Below, piece by piece: positions 9,414 to 19,991 of a stretch of 64,000 nucleotides of DNA. Where the stretch lies: positions 40,784 through 104,783 of the forward strand of contig JAZUMF010000005.1 in NCBI GenBank assembly GCA_045603485.1, in the 5' to 3' direction. The first letter of the stretch is position 1, and each line of letters starts with the position of its first letter. Both the position numbers and the translations under genes were made by a program. Under the pieces are notes generated by a model, which was not told the DNA's origin, ran no database searches, and worked only from the letters and a program-made list of their open reading frames with translations. Source of the stretch: Kiritimatiellia bacterium (lineage in GTDB: Bacteria; Verrucomicrobiota; Kiritimatiellia; RFP12; JAAYLN01).

Positions 9414-12400
9414 ATGCAAAAAAGAAGCCAATGTAATAAATCGCATATCGGGACGCTCGCGGCAATTTGCCTTTGTGCGGCGTCATGTGCGTTTGGGCAG
9501 GCTCAGTTGCCGCCTGAATTGGAACAAGGCCTTCGTTATGTTGAGGGGCTTCAGCAGTTGTTTTTGCTCGATATTGCCGATCAGGTTTTGAAGGATTTGA
9601 CGGCAAAATATCCTGAGGCCGCTGCTAGGGCTGCCACATTGGAGCTTAAGGCGGATTTAGTCCGCGGTAATTTTGATGCCGTCAAGGCTCGCATCGGCAA
9701 GGCACAATCGTCGGGTGAGAAGCCTGAGATTCTTTGGGCTATGAAGCTCGCTTTGGCGGACTCTTACTACACTTATGGTAAGAATGACGAGTGCCGCAGC
9801 CTTTACGAGCTTTTCTTCAAGGAGTATGCCGGCAAGAAGGATGCCAAGGGCAAGTCTGTTCCTATCCCTCCGGCTCTTGAGGGGCTCTTTACCGAGGCTG
9901 CCTATAAGTATGCCCATATGCTTGTGAGCATGAAGAAGCTTGATGCGGCTTTTACAATGTACGAGGTGATGATCGACTCGGGTAAGCTTCCTGACTACTT
10001 TGCCCGTCAATGTATGGCTAATATGGCAGAAATCGGCATCACTTTGGCTGAGGAAGCCGTTTCCGGCGAGAAGAAAAATGTCAAGAAGCGTGACGAGTAT
10101 CTCGCCAAGGTCAACAAGGTTGCCGATAAGCTTCTTTGGGTACAGGATCTTTGGTTCGGCAAGGCTATCGTTTTGAAGGCGCATGCACTTGTCCTGCAGG
10201 ACAAGCCCGAGGAAGCCCAGAAGCTTGTAGATCGCTATATGGGTACATTGACGGCGATTCATCAGGCGCTTGTTGCTCAGGAGGAGGAGACCGGCGATCC
10301 TTTGACGCGCGAAAGTCCTATGGCCGAATGCCGTTATCTTCTTGCCGTTATGTTGAAGGATAAGGCCGAGGAGATTATGAATGGCGAGGGCTTCAACCCA
10401 AGCGACGCAAAGCAGCGCGAGGAAGTTTTGAAGCTTCTTCTTGGCGCCAGGGAGAATGGCCGCAGACGCGGTGATGGCGCTTATAACCACTTTGTCAATG
10501 TTTACCTGCGTTATCCGGAGTCCAACTGGGCTGCCGATGCCGGCGAACAGTCGGAGATTGTCCGTGAGTGGCTTGTCAATACTTTCGGCGGTAATGTCAA
10601 GACTGTTGTGACTGCCGAGCAGACGGCACGCGTTCGCGCAATTCAATATCGTGACGCCCGTACGCTCTTCGCGCAGGGACAGATTGCCTCTGCCAAGGAT
10701 AGGCTTATCAAGGTTCTGAATAGCTTCCCGGATGTGCCGGAATCCATTCCCGCACTCGGCGATTTGGCAAGATGCTATATGCAGACTCTGGTTGAGGATG
10801 CCGACGCTTTGATGTATGCCGAGATGGTGATAGGCCATTTGGCAGAGCGCTTCTGCGCCCGTAAGGATATGATGAACGCTGCCGGCGATGAGCTTATCCG
10901 TATTGCCGAGTATTGGACGGAATGCGGTCGCCCAGATCTTCGTCTTGATACTTATGGTAAATTCTTCAGGCTTTATCCTTCGCATCCGTCATGCGTTTCA
11001 TATCTCTCTTCTTTTGCCGAGAAGGCTTTTCAGGATAAGGACTACCCCCATGCGATCGAGTATTACTCTGTCGTGGCGGAGTCATACACCAACTCTCCTC
11101 GCGCCTTTGACGCGCTTTCGCGTTTGGCGACAATTTTTGAGGAAGAGAAGAATCACGATAAGCTCGTTGCCGTCTTGGACGATTTGATTGCCCGCCTGTC
11201 GGCACAGCCTCGTCCTACACAGCAGCTCTTCTCATCCCGTTATCGCAAGGCTTCCGCTGTCCGCAACCATGCTTTGGAAATTATGCGCAGCGGAACAACC
11301 AATGAGGCGGATATCGCCAAGGCAACCCGTGAGTTGACCTATTCGGTGAAGTACTTTGACGACCTTGCAAACGATCTCAAGAATCCTCCGCCATCGGCTC
11401 AGGTTGATGATAAGGAGCGTGCCCAGAATGCCAAGATTCGCGAGATTGCCATATTTAATAAGGCATTGACCTTGACGCAGCTTCCTGTTGCAGATGAGGT
11501 TCGCCGTGAGAAGATGCGCGATTTGGCAATTGTTACATACGAGGAGTTAATCAAGGACTACCCGAAGGGTGATGCGGCTCCTACGGCTCTTATTCAGGTC
11601 GGTTCTATCTATGCGATGCGTAAGGATGCGGAGAAGGCTGATGCTGCGCTTTCCCGCCTGCGTAAGGATTATCCCGAGTCGGAGCAGGCTAAGAGCGCAT
11701 TGCCTCTGATGGCCGAGAACCTGATGAAGCTCGGTATGCGTGAGCAGGCTGTCGCCCGTTACCGTGAGATGTTTGCATCGTCAGGTGCCGAATATTCCGA
11801 CCGCGATATGCTTAATGCTGCAAATGCTCTTCTTGAGGCTAAGGAATATGACCTGTGCCGTACGGCAATCGATAAGGTGCTTGCAAGGGCTGAGGCCAAG
11901 TCTTCGTCTGCAATTCAGGCGAGATTTGCCGAGTGCCGCCTTCTTGTCGCAACGAAGGACTACACCGGCGCAATCGATAAGCTCAAGGCGTTTGTAAACG
12001 ACTTCTCAAATATGGCGCTCGTCGTCGACGCATATATGCTTTTGAGTCAGGCCGCCTCCGAGGCCGGCCTTGTTGAGAAGGATGAGAATCGCCGCTTTGA
12101 TCTCTTCAACGACTCAATCTCTTCTATGAAGGAGGTTAAGAAGCGTCGCACTAACGATGTCGAGGTTGCCCAGTGCGATATTGAGACCGGTCGTATTATG
12201 GCCCGCAAGGCTAAGGCCGAGGCTGAGTTCGGTAATGCCACCAAGGCTCGCGACTATCGCGGCAAGGCTCTTATTTCGTATCAGAGCTTTATCGACAATA
12301 CGCCCAAGGGCAATGCCAAAATGCTTCCGCTCGTCGAGACCGCCTTCTATGAGTCGATTCCGCTTTTGATCGACCATGGTCAGTGGGAGGTTGTCTCTGA

Positions 12401-12551
12401 CAACTGCTCCGAGTATCTGAAGCGTTTCCCCTCCGGTCGTTATGCAAGCCAGTTTAACGCCTGGAAGAATCAGGCCAGAATTGAGCTTGGAGAGGGCGGT
12501 GAGAAGCCCGCCGCCGAGCCAACAGCCGAGCCCGCCGCGGCGGCTCAATAA
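9414..12551 (+). CDS. Large secreted tetratricopeptide-repeat (TPR) protein
   Basis: Signal peptide (LAAICLCAASCAFGQ) followed by many TPR-like helical repeats. 1045 aa from ATG 9414. Confidence 0.6.
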   Translation: MQKRSQCNKSHIGTLAAICLCAASCAFGQAQLPPELEQGLRYVEGLQQLFLLDIADQVLKDLTAKYPEAAARAATLELKADLVRGNFDAVKARIGKAQSSGEKPEILWAMKLALADSYYTYGKNDECRSLYELFFKEYAGKKDAKGKSVPIPPALEGLFTEAAYKYAHMLVSMKKLDAAFTMYEVMIDSGKLPDYFARQCMANMAEIGITLAEEAVSGEKKNVKKRDEYLAKVNKVADKLLWVQDLWFGKAIVLKAHALVLQDKPEEAQKLVDRYMGTLTAIHQALVAQEEETGDPLTRESPMAECRYLLAVMLKDKAEEIMNGEGFNPSDAKQREEVLKLLLGARENGRRRGDGAYNHFVNVYLRYPESNWAADAGEQSEIVREWLVNTFGGNVKTVVTAEQTARVRAIQYRDARTLFAQGQIASAKDRLIKVLNSFPDVPESIPALGDLARCYMQTLVEDADALMYAEMVIGHLAERFCARKDMMNAAGDELIRIAEYWTECGRPDLRLDTYGKFFRLYPSHPSCVSYLSSFAEKAFQDKDYPHAIEYYSVVAESYTNSPRAFDALSRLATIFEEEKNHDKLVAVLDDLIARLSAQPRPTQQLFSSRYRKASAVRNHALEIMRSGTTNEADIAKATRELTYSVKYFDDLANDLKNPPPSAQVDDKERAQNAKIREIAIFNKALTLTQLPVADEVRREKMRDLAIVTYEELIKDYPKGDAAPTALIQVGSIYAMRKDAEKADAALSRLRKDYPESEQAKSALPLMAENLMKLGMREQAVARYREMFASSGAEYSDRDMLNAANALLEAKEYDLCRTAIDKVLARAEAKSSSAIQARFAECRLLVATKDYTGAIDKLKAFVNDFSNMALVVDAYMLLSQAASEAGLVEKDENRRFDLFNDSISSMKEVKKRRTNDVEVAQCDIETGRIMARKAKAEAEFGNATKARDYRGKALISYQSFIDNTPKGNAKMLPLVETAFYESIPLLIDHGQWEVVSDNCSEYLKRFPSGRYASQFNAWKNQARIELGEGGEKPAAEPTAEPAAAAQ

Positions 12552-12602
12552 TCTGAATTCGTCAATGGATAATTTTTTTGAATTAGCTTGAGAGGTAAAA
12601 AC

Positions 12603-13439
12603 ATGAACATTCGCAAGTCAAAACTCTTCAACTGCATTGCCGTAGCCACATTGGCATTCGGTTTCGCTTTTACCGCCGTTGCCGCTGAGCCGGCAGCTGT
12701 CGCTAAGCCGATGCCAGGTCAAATCACGCGCAAGGATGGAACCAAGATCAGCGGTAATATCCGTTGGATGTCGCAGGGCAGAAAATATATCGTTTCGCAG
12801 AGCAATAAGGACGGCCGTTCTATTTCAACCGATGTCCCGCTTTCGGATGTGGCTCGTGTTGAGACCAGAAAGCCTGAAAAGCTTGATGCTGCGATTCGTG
12901 CGGTTGAAACAGGAAAGGGAGCTGCCGCAATTCCTGTCTTGGCACAGATTGTCAAGCAGTATGAGATGCTTGGCTGGGATGAGCCGGCAACGCGTTATCT
13001 CGCACAGGCGACGCTCGATTCCGGCAAGGCCGATGTGGCTGTCGCAATCTGCGAGAAGATAATCAAGGTCAAGCCCGAGGCCGCTTATCTTGGCGATGTA
13101 GCTCCTATTTACTGGCAGGCTCTTTTGGCTACCAATAAGAAGGCTAAGCTTACAGAGCTTATCGGCAAGGCTATAGCCACTGGCGATCGTTACGCGTCAG
13201 CTTCGGCATTGATTATGCGCGGTGATATGTTTATGGAGCAGAAGGAGCCGATGAATGCGCTCAAGGATGGCTACCTCCGCGTTGTTGTCCTTTACGAGAA
13301 TGTTCGCGCCGTTCAGCCAGAGGCTCTCTTTAAGGCAGCAAAGGCTTTTGAGGCGCTTTCTCAAAATAACAACGCAGAGAAATTCCGCTCTACTCTCCGT
13401 TCAAAATTCCCCAAGAGTTCTTACGCTAAGCAGCTCTAA
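12603..13439 (+). CDS. Secreted TPR-like protein
   Basis: Signal peptide (AVATLAFGFAFTAVAA) and TPR-like helical repeats. Immediately upstream of exbB. Confidence 0.5.
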   Translation: MNIRKSKLFNCIAVATLAFGFAFTAVAAEPAAVAKPMPGQITRKDGTKISGNIRWMSQGRKYIVSQSNKDGRSISTDVPLSDVARVETRKPEKLDAAIRAVETGKGAAAIPVLAQIVKQYEMLGWDEPATRYLAQATLDSGKADVAVAICEKIIKVKPEAAYLGDVAPIYWQALLATNKKAKLTELIGKAIATGDRYASASALIMRGDMFMEQKEPMNALKDGYLRVVVLYENVRAVQPEALFKAAKAFEALSQNNNAEKFRSTLRSKFPKSSYAKQL

Positions 13440-13612
13440 TCTGATTTTACATCATCTTGATTATTTTAGGTTGCTATTTTGCGATAACTTTGCTATTATT
13501 TCGTAAGTCAGTGGAGATTGCATTAGACACCCTAAAGGTTCTTGATGATGATTTCAACAGTTCTTTTTCACCATTAACTTAAACAACTACCCCATACAGG
13601 AAACAAACTAAC

Positions 13613-14443
13613 ATGAACAAGATGCTTAAGATTGCTTTGATGTCTGCCGGTGTTCTCGCTTCCGGTTTTGTATATGCTCAGGAGGATGCTCCTGCAGTGC
13701 CTGATTTTGCAGCACCTGCCGCTCAAGCCGCAGCACCTGCCGCCGACAGCGATGTGTCGATTGAAGAGTCTGCCGATGCGAAGAAGTCCGGCGCCGCAAA
13801 GAGCAAGGATTCAACATCGCTTATAGCTGTTATCTTTGGTTCCGGCTGGCTCGGCGTTATTCTCTGGCTTGCCCTCTTCGGTTCGGGTGTCGCTGCTATC
13901 TACTTTGTCGTTGACTGCGCGATCCTTATGAAGGAGGATAAGATGATTCCCGCTGCCCTTATCGAGAAGGTTTCAGCCGCTATGGGTGAGGGTGATGTCC
14001 TTAAGGCACTCAAGGTTTGCGAGAACGATCCTTGTCCTTTGGCCAATGTTCTTTCGGCAGGCTTCCAGCATGTCGAAGAGGGCTTTGAGGTAATTCAAGA
14101 GGCTGTCAATACCGCTGCCGATATTGAGAACGAGCGTCTCACTCAGCGTATCAACTGGATTTCTGTCTGCGGCAACATCTCGCCTTCACTCGGTCTTCTC
14201 GGTACCGTTCAAGGTATGATTATGGCATTCGCCGGTCTTGCCACCGGCGCACCTGATGTCGGCGCGCTCGCACTTTCAATTTCGCAGGCTCTATGGACGA
14301 CTGCCGGCGGTCTTGTCGTATCTATCCCATCTGTCTGCGCTTACTATGTCATCCGCAACAACGCAGCCCGTTTGGTTCTCCGTATGTCTGCTCTTACCTT
14401 TGAGCTCATCAAGGACCTTCGCCACGTTGAAGTCGTCGAATAG
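13613..14443 (+). CDS. exbB: MotA/TolQ/ExbB proton-channel family protein
   Basis: Signature SPSLGLLGTVQGMIMAF, three C-terminal TM helices, and an N-terminal signal/extension. Confidence 0.8.
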   Translation: MNKMLKIALMSAGVLASGFVYAQEDAPAVPDFAAPAAQAAAPAADSDVSIEESADAKKSGAAKSKDSTSLIAVIFGSGWLGVILWLALFGSGVAAIYFVVDCAILMKEDKMIPAALIEKVSAAMGEGDVLKALKVCENDPCPLANVLSAGFQHVEEGFEVIQEAVNTAADIENERLTQRINWISVCGNISPSLGLLGTVQGMIMAFAGLATGAPDVGALALSISQALWTTAGGLVVSIPSVCAYYVIRNNAARLVLRMSALTFELIKDLRHVEVVE

Positions 14444-14479
14444 TTCTTTACGGTCATCCCCTGAAAAAGGAGAACTTAA

Positions 14480-14929
14480 ATGGCCCGAAAGAGAATAACC
14501 AGCGGCGATGGAGGAGAGATGAATATGACGCCGATGATCGACGTCGTATTCCAGCTCATCATCTTCTTTGTCGTTACGCTTAAGATGACCAAGGAAATCA
14601 ACAAGGAGATTGTCCTTGAAGATGGTCGCCACGGCGAAACGATTACGCAGGAGAATATGCCAATCCAGACGGTTGTCATTGAAGTAGACCGCCGTCGCTT
14701 CGGCCGTAGTCGTGGAAGGGTGTCGATTAACAACGCAACCTTGAATGATACGCAGCTTCGCAATATCATTCAGGCGCGTATCGGCAAGTTCGGTTCTTTC
14801 CCCGTTTTGATTCGTGCAGATAAAAAGGCAAAGCATGACGATGTGAAGCGCGTTATGGATATCTGCACGGCATGCGGATGCTGGAAGATCGGTTTTGTGG
14901 CTATTCAAGAGCATAAGGCTAAGGATTAA
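14480..14929 (+). CDS. exbD: Biopolymer transport protein ExbD/TolR
   Basis: TPMIDVVFQLIIFFVV TM signature plus a periplasmic domain. Confidence 0.8.
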   Translation: MARKRITSGDGGEMNMTPMIDVVFQLIIFFVVTLKMTKEINKEIVLEDGRHGETITQENMPIQTVVIEVDRRRFGRSRGRVSINNATLNDTQLRNIIQARIGKFGSFPVLIRADKKAKHDDVKRVMDICTACGCWKIGFVAIQEHKAKD

Positions 14930-14941
14930 GTGAGGTTTTGA

Positions 14942-15337
14942 ATGGCTAAGCGACTTAAAAGTGATGAAGCCAAGGTCGAGATGACACCGATGATTGATGT
15001 CGTCTTTCAGCTCCTTATTTTCTTCGTCGTAACATTGAAGCAGGAAGATATTCTTTCAAAGCTTATGGCATCTCGCCCGGCTCCCGATCCTAATGCCAAA
15101 AAGGAAGAGCAGCCTGATCTTATCAATATCGAAATCAACAAGTATGGTTTCGTTGTAAAGGGCAATGCCGTATCTTTGGAGGGACTTGATAGGCAGATGC
15201 GCCGTTATGCGGCAATGTCTACATCTGCCAATGTCCTTCTGCGCTGTACTTCTGACTCTCCTCATCAGTTCCTTGTGCAGGCACTTGATATCTGCTCAAA
15301 GTATAAGATGAAGAATTTGTCAATTTTCAGTATGTAG
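14942..15337 (+). CDS. exbD: Biopolymer transport protein ExbD/TolR (second copy)
   Basis: TPMIDVVFQLLIFFVV. Paralogue of the previous gene. Confidence 0.8.
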   Translation: MAKRLKSDEAKVEMTPMIDVVFQLLIFFVVTLKQEDILSKLMASRPAPDPNAKKEEQPDLINIEINKYGFVVKGNAVSLEGLDRQMRRYAAMSTSANVLLRCTSDSPHQFLVQALDICSKYKMKNLSIFSM

Positions 15338-15425
15338 CGTTCTTATATTGAAGCGCGGCCCGTGGTCACGGCTGGCTCCGGGTCAGCTTTGACCATGGGT
15401 CTTTTGTTTATAATGGAGTTTTAAT

Positions 15426-16688
15426 ATGCCCAAGTTTAATTTTATCGCAACAGATGCCACCGGTAAGGAAGTGCGTTCTACCATTGAGGCGACAACGCAG
15501 GCTCAAGCTATTGCACTTATCCGCGCCAAGAATCTCTTCCCGACTGCAATCGGACAAGCCGACGGCAGTAAATCCGCCGCCAAGGTAGAGGCCAAAAAGA
15601 CCGGGATGAATGCCGAGATTAAACTTCCGTCATTCTTAAAACCCCGTGTCAAGCAAAAGGACTTGACGACTACAACGCGCCAGCTTGCAACTCTTATGGC
15701 GGCCGGTTTGCCGTTGCTTCGCAGCCTTCGCGTTCTTGAGCGTCAGTGTGCAAATCAGACGATGAAAGAGACGCTTCATGCGATGGGCGAGTCGGTTGAA
15801 TCCGGTAACTCATTCTCCGAAGCTCTTTCATCGCATCCCAAGATATTCGACAACCTCTATGTAAACATGGTCAAGGCCGGTGAAGCCGGTGGTGTTATCG
15901 AGCTTGTCTTGAACCGTCTGGCAGAGTTTATGGAGAAGTCGCAAAAGATTACCAACAAGGTCAAGAGTGCAATGACCTACCCGATGGTTATTCTTATTGC
16001 GGCTATCGGTATTACCAGTGTCTTGATGCTTACCGTTATTCCAAAGTTCGAGGAAATCTTTACCGACCTTTTGGAGGGTAAGCAGCTACCCGCAATTACC
16101 CGCATGGTTATCGGCATTTCCAATGCCTTGCAGCATTACTTCATCTTTATCGCCATGGGCATTGCGGCTATCGTAATGATCGTTTCTTTGGCTCTCAAGA
16201 CTAAAGCGGGCCGTGATTTGCGCGATCGCCTAAAGGCTAATCTGCCAGGTCTCGGCTCATTGACGAGGCGTACTTGCATTGCCCGTTTGACCCGCACATT
16301 GGGCACTCTTCTTTCGTCAGGCGTTCCTCTTTTGCAGGCTCTTGCGATTGTCCGCGATACGGCAGACAATGTAATTTACTACAACGCTCTGCAGACCGTT
16401 CACGACGGTGTCAAGGAGGGTGAAAATCTCTCTAACCTTATTGAGCAGACAAAGGTCTTTCCTCCGATGGTTGTCGGTATGATTGATGTCGGCGAAGAAA
16501 CTGGTGCTATTGCTGATATGCTTACGCGTATCGCAGATACATACGATGACGAAGTTGATAATGCCGTGTCGGGCTTGACTTCACTCCTTGAGCCTATGGT
16601 TATTATTCTCTTGGCAGGTATTGTCGGTACTATCGTTATCGCTATGTTCTTGCCCCTTATCTCCGTTATCTCCTCACTCAACGGTTAA
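15426..16688 (+). CDS. gspF: Type II secretion / type IV pilus platform protein (GspF/PilC family)
   Basis: Two T2SSF repeats, each with a TM helix. 420 aa, typical of GspF. Confidence 0.85.
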   Translation: MPKFNFIATDATGKEVRSTIEATTQAQAIALIRAKNLFPTAIGQADGSKSAAKVEAKKTGMNAEIKLPSFLKPRVKQKDLTTTTRQLATLMAAGLPLLRSLRVLERQCANQTMKETLHAMGESVESGNSFSEALSSHPKIFDNLYVNMVKAGEAGGVIELVLNRLAEFMEKSQKITNKVKSAMTYPMVILIAAIGITSVLMLTVIPKFEEIFTDLLEGKQLPAITRMVIGISNALQHYFIFIAMGIAAIVMIVSLALKTKAGRDLRDRLKANLPGLGSLTRRTCIARLTRTLGTLLSSGVPLLQALAIVRDTADNVIYYNALQTVHDGVKEGENLSNLIEQTKVFPPMVVGMIDVGEETGAIADMLTRIADTYDDEVDNAVSGLTSLLEPMVIILLAGIVGTIVIAMFLPLISVISSLNG

Positions 16689-16726
16689 TGCCCGTTTTCC
16701 CGGGCAAAAGAGAAAGGTAATAAGCA

Positions 16727-17545
16727 ATGAAGGCTAAAAATAAAGAAGGCTTTACCCTTTTGGAAATTCTCGTTGTTCTCGTCATTATGGCACTTTTGAT
16801 GGGGATAACCTTTCGTCTGACTAATTCGGTTAAGTCTGCACGAGAGGTCAGCGATACGATGAAGAAGCTGCAGAATCTCAATGCCGCGATTTCTGAGTAT
16901 CATGCCGAATACGGAATTTATCCTCCAGTAAAGATGGCTGTCGATAATGACGGTCGCACTTCAGAATGCGACAAATATCCGGGTTCAGAGATTGCGTATT
17001 CTCTCCCTGATGTCACGACAATAAATGGCTTTGATCACAAACTGGGTCTCGTCTCGTATCTTGTCGATAGGACAGATATTTGGGGGAATGGACAGCTTAC
17101 TTTGGGTAGTATCTACAAAAACGCAAGTGAAGCCTTTCTAAAGGATGTTTTCGGTCCAGATAGCGAATGGAGCGAACACGGAAAGGGCCTCTCTGACGAG
17201 GGCGGCATGGCGACTGATTTAAATGATCTCTTAGCTCCATCAAGGCGCGATAGAAACTTTATCAGGAAGATCAGGCCATTTGTCAGGGCTGCAGTGACGG
17301 ATTATGGTTGCCATGATCCAACCAAGAAAGATAAGCTTCATTACAAGTTTTCAGCAGTTGATGCATGGGAGAGGGATCTTGTCTATATTTGCCCGCCTCC
17401 ATATTCTTCCTTCTCGCTCTTTTCACTTGGCAGAGACGGCAGGTGTGTCGCCTCAGATCCTTTGAATCGCGATGCCGAATGTCCCAAATGCGGAGAGCTC
17501 CACAACAAGGATAATATCTATGCAGGAGTTGATGACAATGATTAA
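16727..17545 (+). CDS. Prepilin-type N-terminal cleavage/methylation domain protein (pseudopilin 1)
   Basis: N-terminal KEGFTLLEILVVLVIMALLMGI class-III signal, where G-F is the cleavage site and E sits at +5. Confidence 0.8.
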   Translation: MKAKNKEGFTLLEILVVLVIMALLMGITFRLTNSVKSAREVSDTMKKLQNLNAAISEYHAEYGIYPPVKMAVDNDGRTSECDKYPGSEIAYSLPDVTTINGFDHKLGLVSYLVDRTDIWGNGQLTLGSIYKNASEAFLKDVFGPDSEWSEHGKGLSDEGGMATDLNDLLAPSRRDRNFIRKIRPFVRAAVTDYGCHDPTKKDKLHYKFSAVDAWERDLVYICPPPYSSFSLFSLGRDGRCVASDPLNRDAECPKCGELHNKDNIYAGVDDND

Positions 17546-18080
17546 AAACCAATCTAAAAAGGCGGGCTTTACCCTTGTTGAGATGATTACCGTTATGATA
17601 ATCATCACCCTTTTGATGTCCGTCTCTACAGCTGCAATTATCGGTGCCAAGCGCAATGCCTCGATGACTCGCGCCCGTGATTTAGGCCGTCAGCTTTGTA
17701 TTGCCTGGGGAGCCTACTTGATGGATCAGCGCTCCTTCCCTGCAGAGTCTGAATTTCCCGACAAACCCAATGGCGACAACTATTTTGAAGCTTCTGCCAG
17801 AAATCTCGGTAAAAAACTCAACAGGGTTTACAATAAAAAAGGTAAAATTATCGGTAAAAAGGTCTACTTTGAGCTTTCAGAGGAAGAGTGCGAGCCAAGT
17901 GGCAAGGACGACTTTACCGGAACCGGCCTTTTGAATGATTGGAAGTGGCCGATTTGCTTTACATTGGATTTTGACCTTGACGGCAAGGTCAAAACTATAG
18001 AAAATCAAGATGTCAATGCAAGCGCATGTGCCTATTCGCGGGTTTTGAAGAGCGGTAAGAAGAAGGTTATTTCCTGGTAG
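17532..18080 (+). CDS. Prepilin-type pseudopilin 2
   Basis: KAGFTLVEMITVMIIITLLM. In-frame ATG 17532/17538 follows AGGAG. The ORF track start at 17472 overlaps the previous gene. Confidence 0.75.
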   Translation: MTMIKNQSKKAGFTLVEMITVMIIITLLMSVSTAAIIGAKRNASMTRARDLGRQLCIAWGAYLMDQRSFPAESEFPDKPNGDNYFEASARNLGKKLNRVYNKKGKIIGKKVYFELSEEECEPSGKDDFTGTGLLNDWKWPICFTLDFDLDGKVKTIENQDVNASACAYSRVLKSGKKKVISW

Positions 18081-18090
18081 GGGTTTTAAT

Positions 18091-18639
18091 ATGAAAAAGC
18101 ACGGTGGTTTTACTTTGATTGAACTGTTGGTTGTCATAGCAGTCTTGGCAATTTTATGCACTATCGTTATCGGTGCGTCATCTATGATTACGCAAACATC
18201 AAGGGAACGCCGCTTTACCATTACAAAGGAAGTGCTGAAGGTGGCGATTATGCGCTACCGTACCGAATATGGGGTATGGCCTGTCAGCAAAGAAGATGAT
18301 TTTGACAGGGAAAAAGACGGTGTTTACTATCTGAGCACCAATAATGACAAGGTCCTTAATGCGCTCCGTACTTGCAATCAAGAGAAGAATATGAATCCCG
18401 ACGGAATCCGTTTTATTGACGAAACGACTATCTATACATCGGATGGGGATGATATGATTCCTCTTCACAAGGCAAGCGGAAACAAGGGGCATAAGATTGT
18501 ATACAGGGTGAAGAACGGCCGCATAGAAGGGACATCAAAGAAATGGGCGCTCTATGAGATAGGCTTTAATTTCCGCGATGATACGGTCACTGTTGGACCT
18601 GACACGATGGTTGATGGGAGTGAAGATGATGAGTACTAG
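18091..18639 (+). CDS. Prepilin-type pseudopilin 3
   Basis: HGGFTLIELLVVIAVLAIL. Confidence 0.8.
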   Translation: MKKHGGFTLIELLVVIAVLAILCTIVIGASSMITQTSRERRFTITKEVLKVAIMRYRTEYGVWPVSKEDDFDREKDGVYYLSTNNDKVLNALRTCNQEKNMNPDGIRFIDETTIYTSDGDDMIPLHKASGNKGHKIVYRVKNGRIEGTSKKWALYEIGFNFRDDTVTVGPDTMVDGSEDDEY

Positions 18640-19384
18640 CGGCTCAAAGGGCTTTACACTGATTGAGCTTTTGACTGTGCTTGCTGTGATGATTATCGTC
18701 ACATCAATTGTGGTCACAAGTTCCTTTGGTCTTACTAAGGGCTCGGCTTACACTACGGCTCAGGATGTGCCCTTTAATGTCTTGGCATACGCCCGCCAAA
18801 GAGCATGTATGGATGGCAAGACTACGATTGCCAGGTTCTTTGATGACGGTGGTGAGAAGACTCTTAGCATCTTCCAAGCTTCCGGCGTCGTGACGAGCGC
18901 AAGCGGCAGTGGTATCACCGACAAGTATTCAGGCGTCAATTCTGTCAGCGGAGCGCAATCCGGCGGGATGTTGACAGCCTTAAACTTTGAGTCGGGCGAA
19001 ACTTTTGTCGTTGAGAGTATAAAAAAAGAGGAGAATGCCGGCTTTGTAACGATTGACTCTGATGATGCGGCTGACGGTAAAAAAAATAAATACAGCTTTC
19101 CGGTCCGCTCAATCAAGGCAAAGGGGAGTATCAACAAGGAAAAGTGGAAGACCGGTTCCTCGTATGGATTTGAGATTTCCGAGCGCGTCAGGCTGCCAAA
19201 GGATTTTGATTATTCGATATCGGGAGGTAAGACAAGCGGTGACGCTTTTTGGGTCACATTCTTGCCGGACGGCACCTCTGACAATGCGACGATTACCATT
19301 GCAGACGCTGCCGGTGGTAAGAACTCCCGTAAGATTAAGATTGAAATTGCCGGTGGTCAGGTTACCGTTGACAAGGGCTTCTAG
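18626..19384 (+). CDS. Prepilin-type pseudopilin 4
   Basis: SKGFTLIELLTVLAVMIIV. ATG 18626 overlaps the previous stop. Confidence 0.75.
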   Translation: MMSTSGSKGFTLIELLTVLAVMIIVTSIVVTSSFGLTKGSAYTTAQDVPFNVLAYARQRACMDGKTTIARFFDDGGEKTLSIFQASGVVTSASGSGITDKYSGVNSVSGAQSGGMLTALNFESGETFVVESIKKEENAGFVTIDSDDAADGKKNKYSFPVRSIKAKGSINKEKWKTGSSYGFEISERVRLPKDFDYSISGGKTSGDAFWVTFLPDGTSDNATITIADAAGGKNSRKIKIEIAGGQVTVDKGF

Positions 19385-19396
19385 CTTGGTGATATC

Positions 19397-19987
19397 ATGA
19401 AATTTTTCCTAAATAATAAATCGGCAGGCTTCACCTTAATTGAGATAAGTCTTGTTCTTTTACTCTTTGGCTCGGCTGTCGGCGGGCTTTTAAGCTTTTT
19501 CAGCGTAGGGTTGCGTCAGGAGAACAGCGCGATGTCTGATACGGTTCAGTCCATGTTCGCCTTTGATGTGTTGGGGCAAATAGAGGCCAAGGCCGCAGAG
19601 ATTAACGATCTGTCAATCTGGAACAGTGATATAAAGTCTAAATTGCAAAATAATCTTACCGTAGGTATAGGTACAAATTCAAAGAAGATCAAGTTTACAG
19701 GGATTTATAAGGGAATTGGTAACGATGATAAATTTGCCGATAAGTCCTTTGATATGAGCGTGCTTTTGGAGGACTACCCGAAAGAGCGTTCATATATCCG
19801 CTATAATTTGGATATTGTCAAGGTCCGTAATCCTGTTGATTTTGGAAAGGATGGAGGCCCGTGTCTTTGGCGCGTTTCTATTTGGGTAACAGACAGGCGC
19901 GATGCCATCCCGACTGACAATACGCCTTTTATCGTTGATTTAGCCTATCAGGGCGGCCTTGATGATGTTTTGAATGTTGAGGAGTAG
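19397..19987 (+). CDS. Prepilin-type pseudopilin 5
   Basis: SAGFTLIEISLVLLLFG. Confidence 0.75.
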   Translation: MKFFLNNKSAGFTLIEISLVLLLFGSAVGGLLSFFSVGLRQENSAMSDTVQSMFAFDVLGQIEAKAAEINDLSIWNSDIKSKLQNNLTVGIGTNSKKIKFTGIYKGIGNDDKFADKSFDMSVLLEDYPKERSYIRYNLDIVKVRNPVDFGKDGGPCLWRVSIWVTDRRDAIPTDNTPFIVDLAYQGGLDDVLNVEE

Positions 19988-19991
19988 ATTG

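Noticed and set aside
9657-10985. 442-aa antisense ORF inside the TPR gene
   Set aside because: Antisense to the TPR gene. No motifs and no start context.
15380-15420. Intrinsic terminator after the second exbD
   Set aside because: Only a 4-bp stem (gacc atg ggtc) before ttttgttt. Too weak to call.
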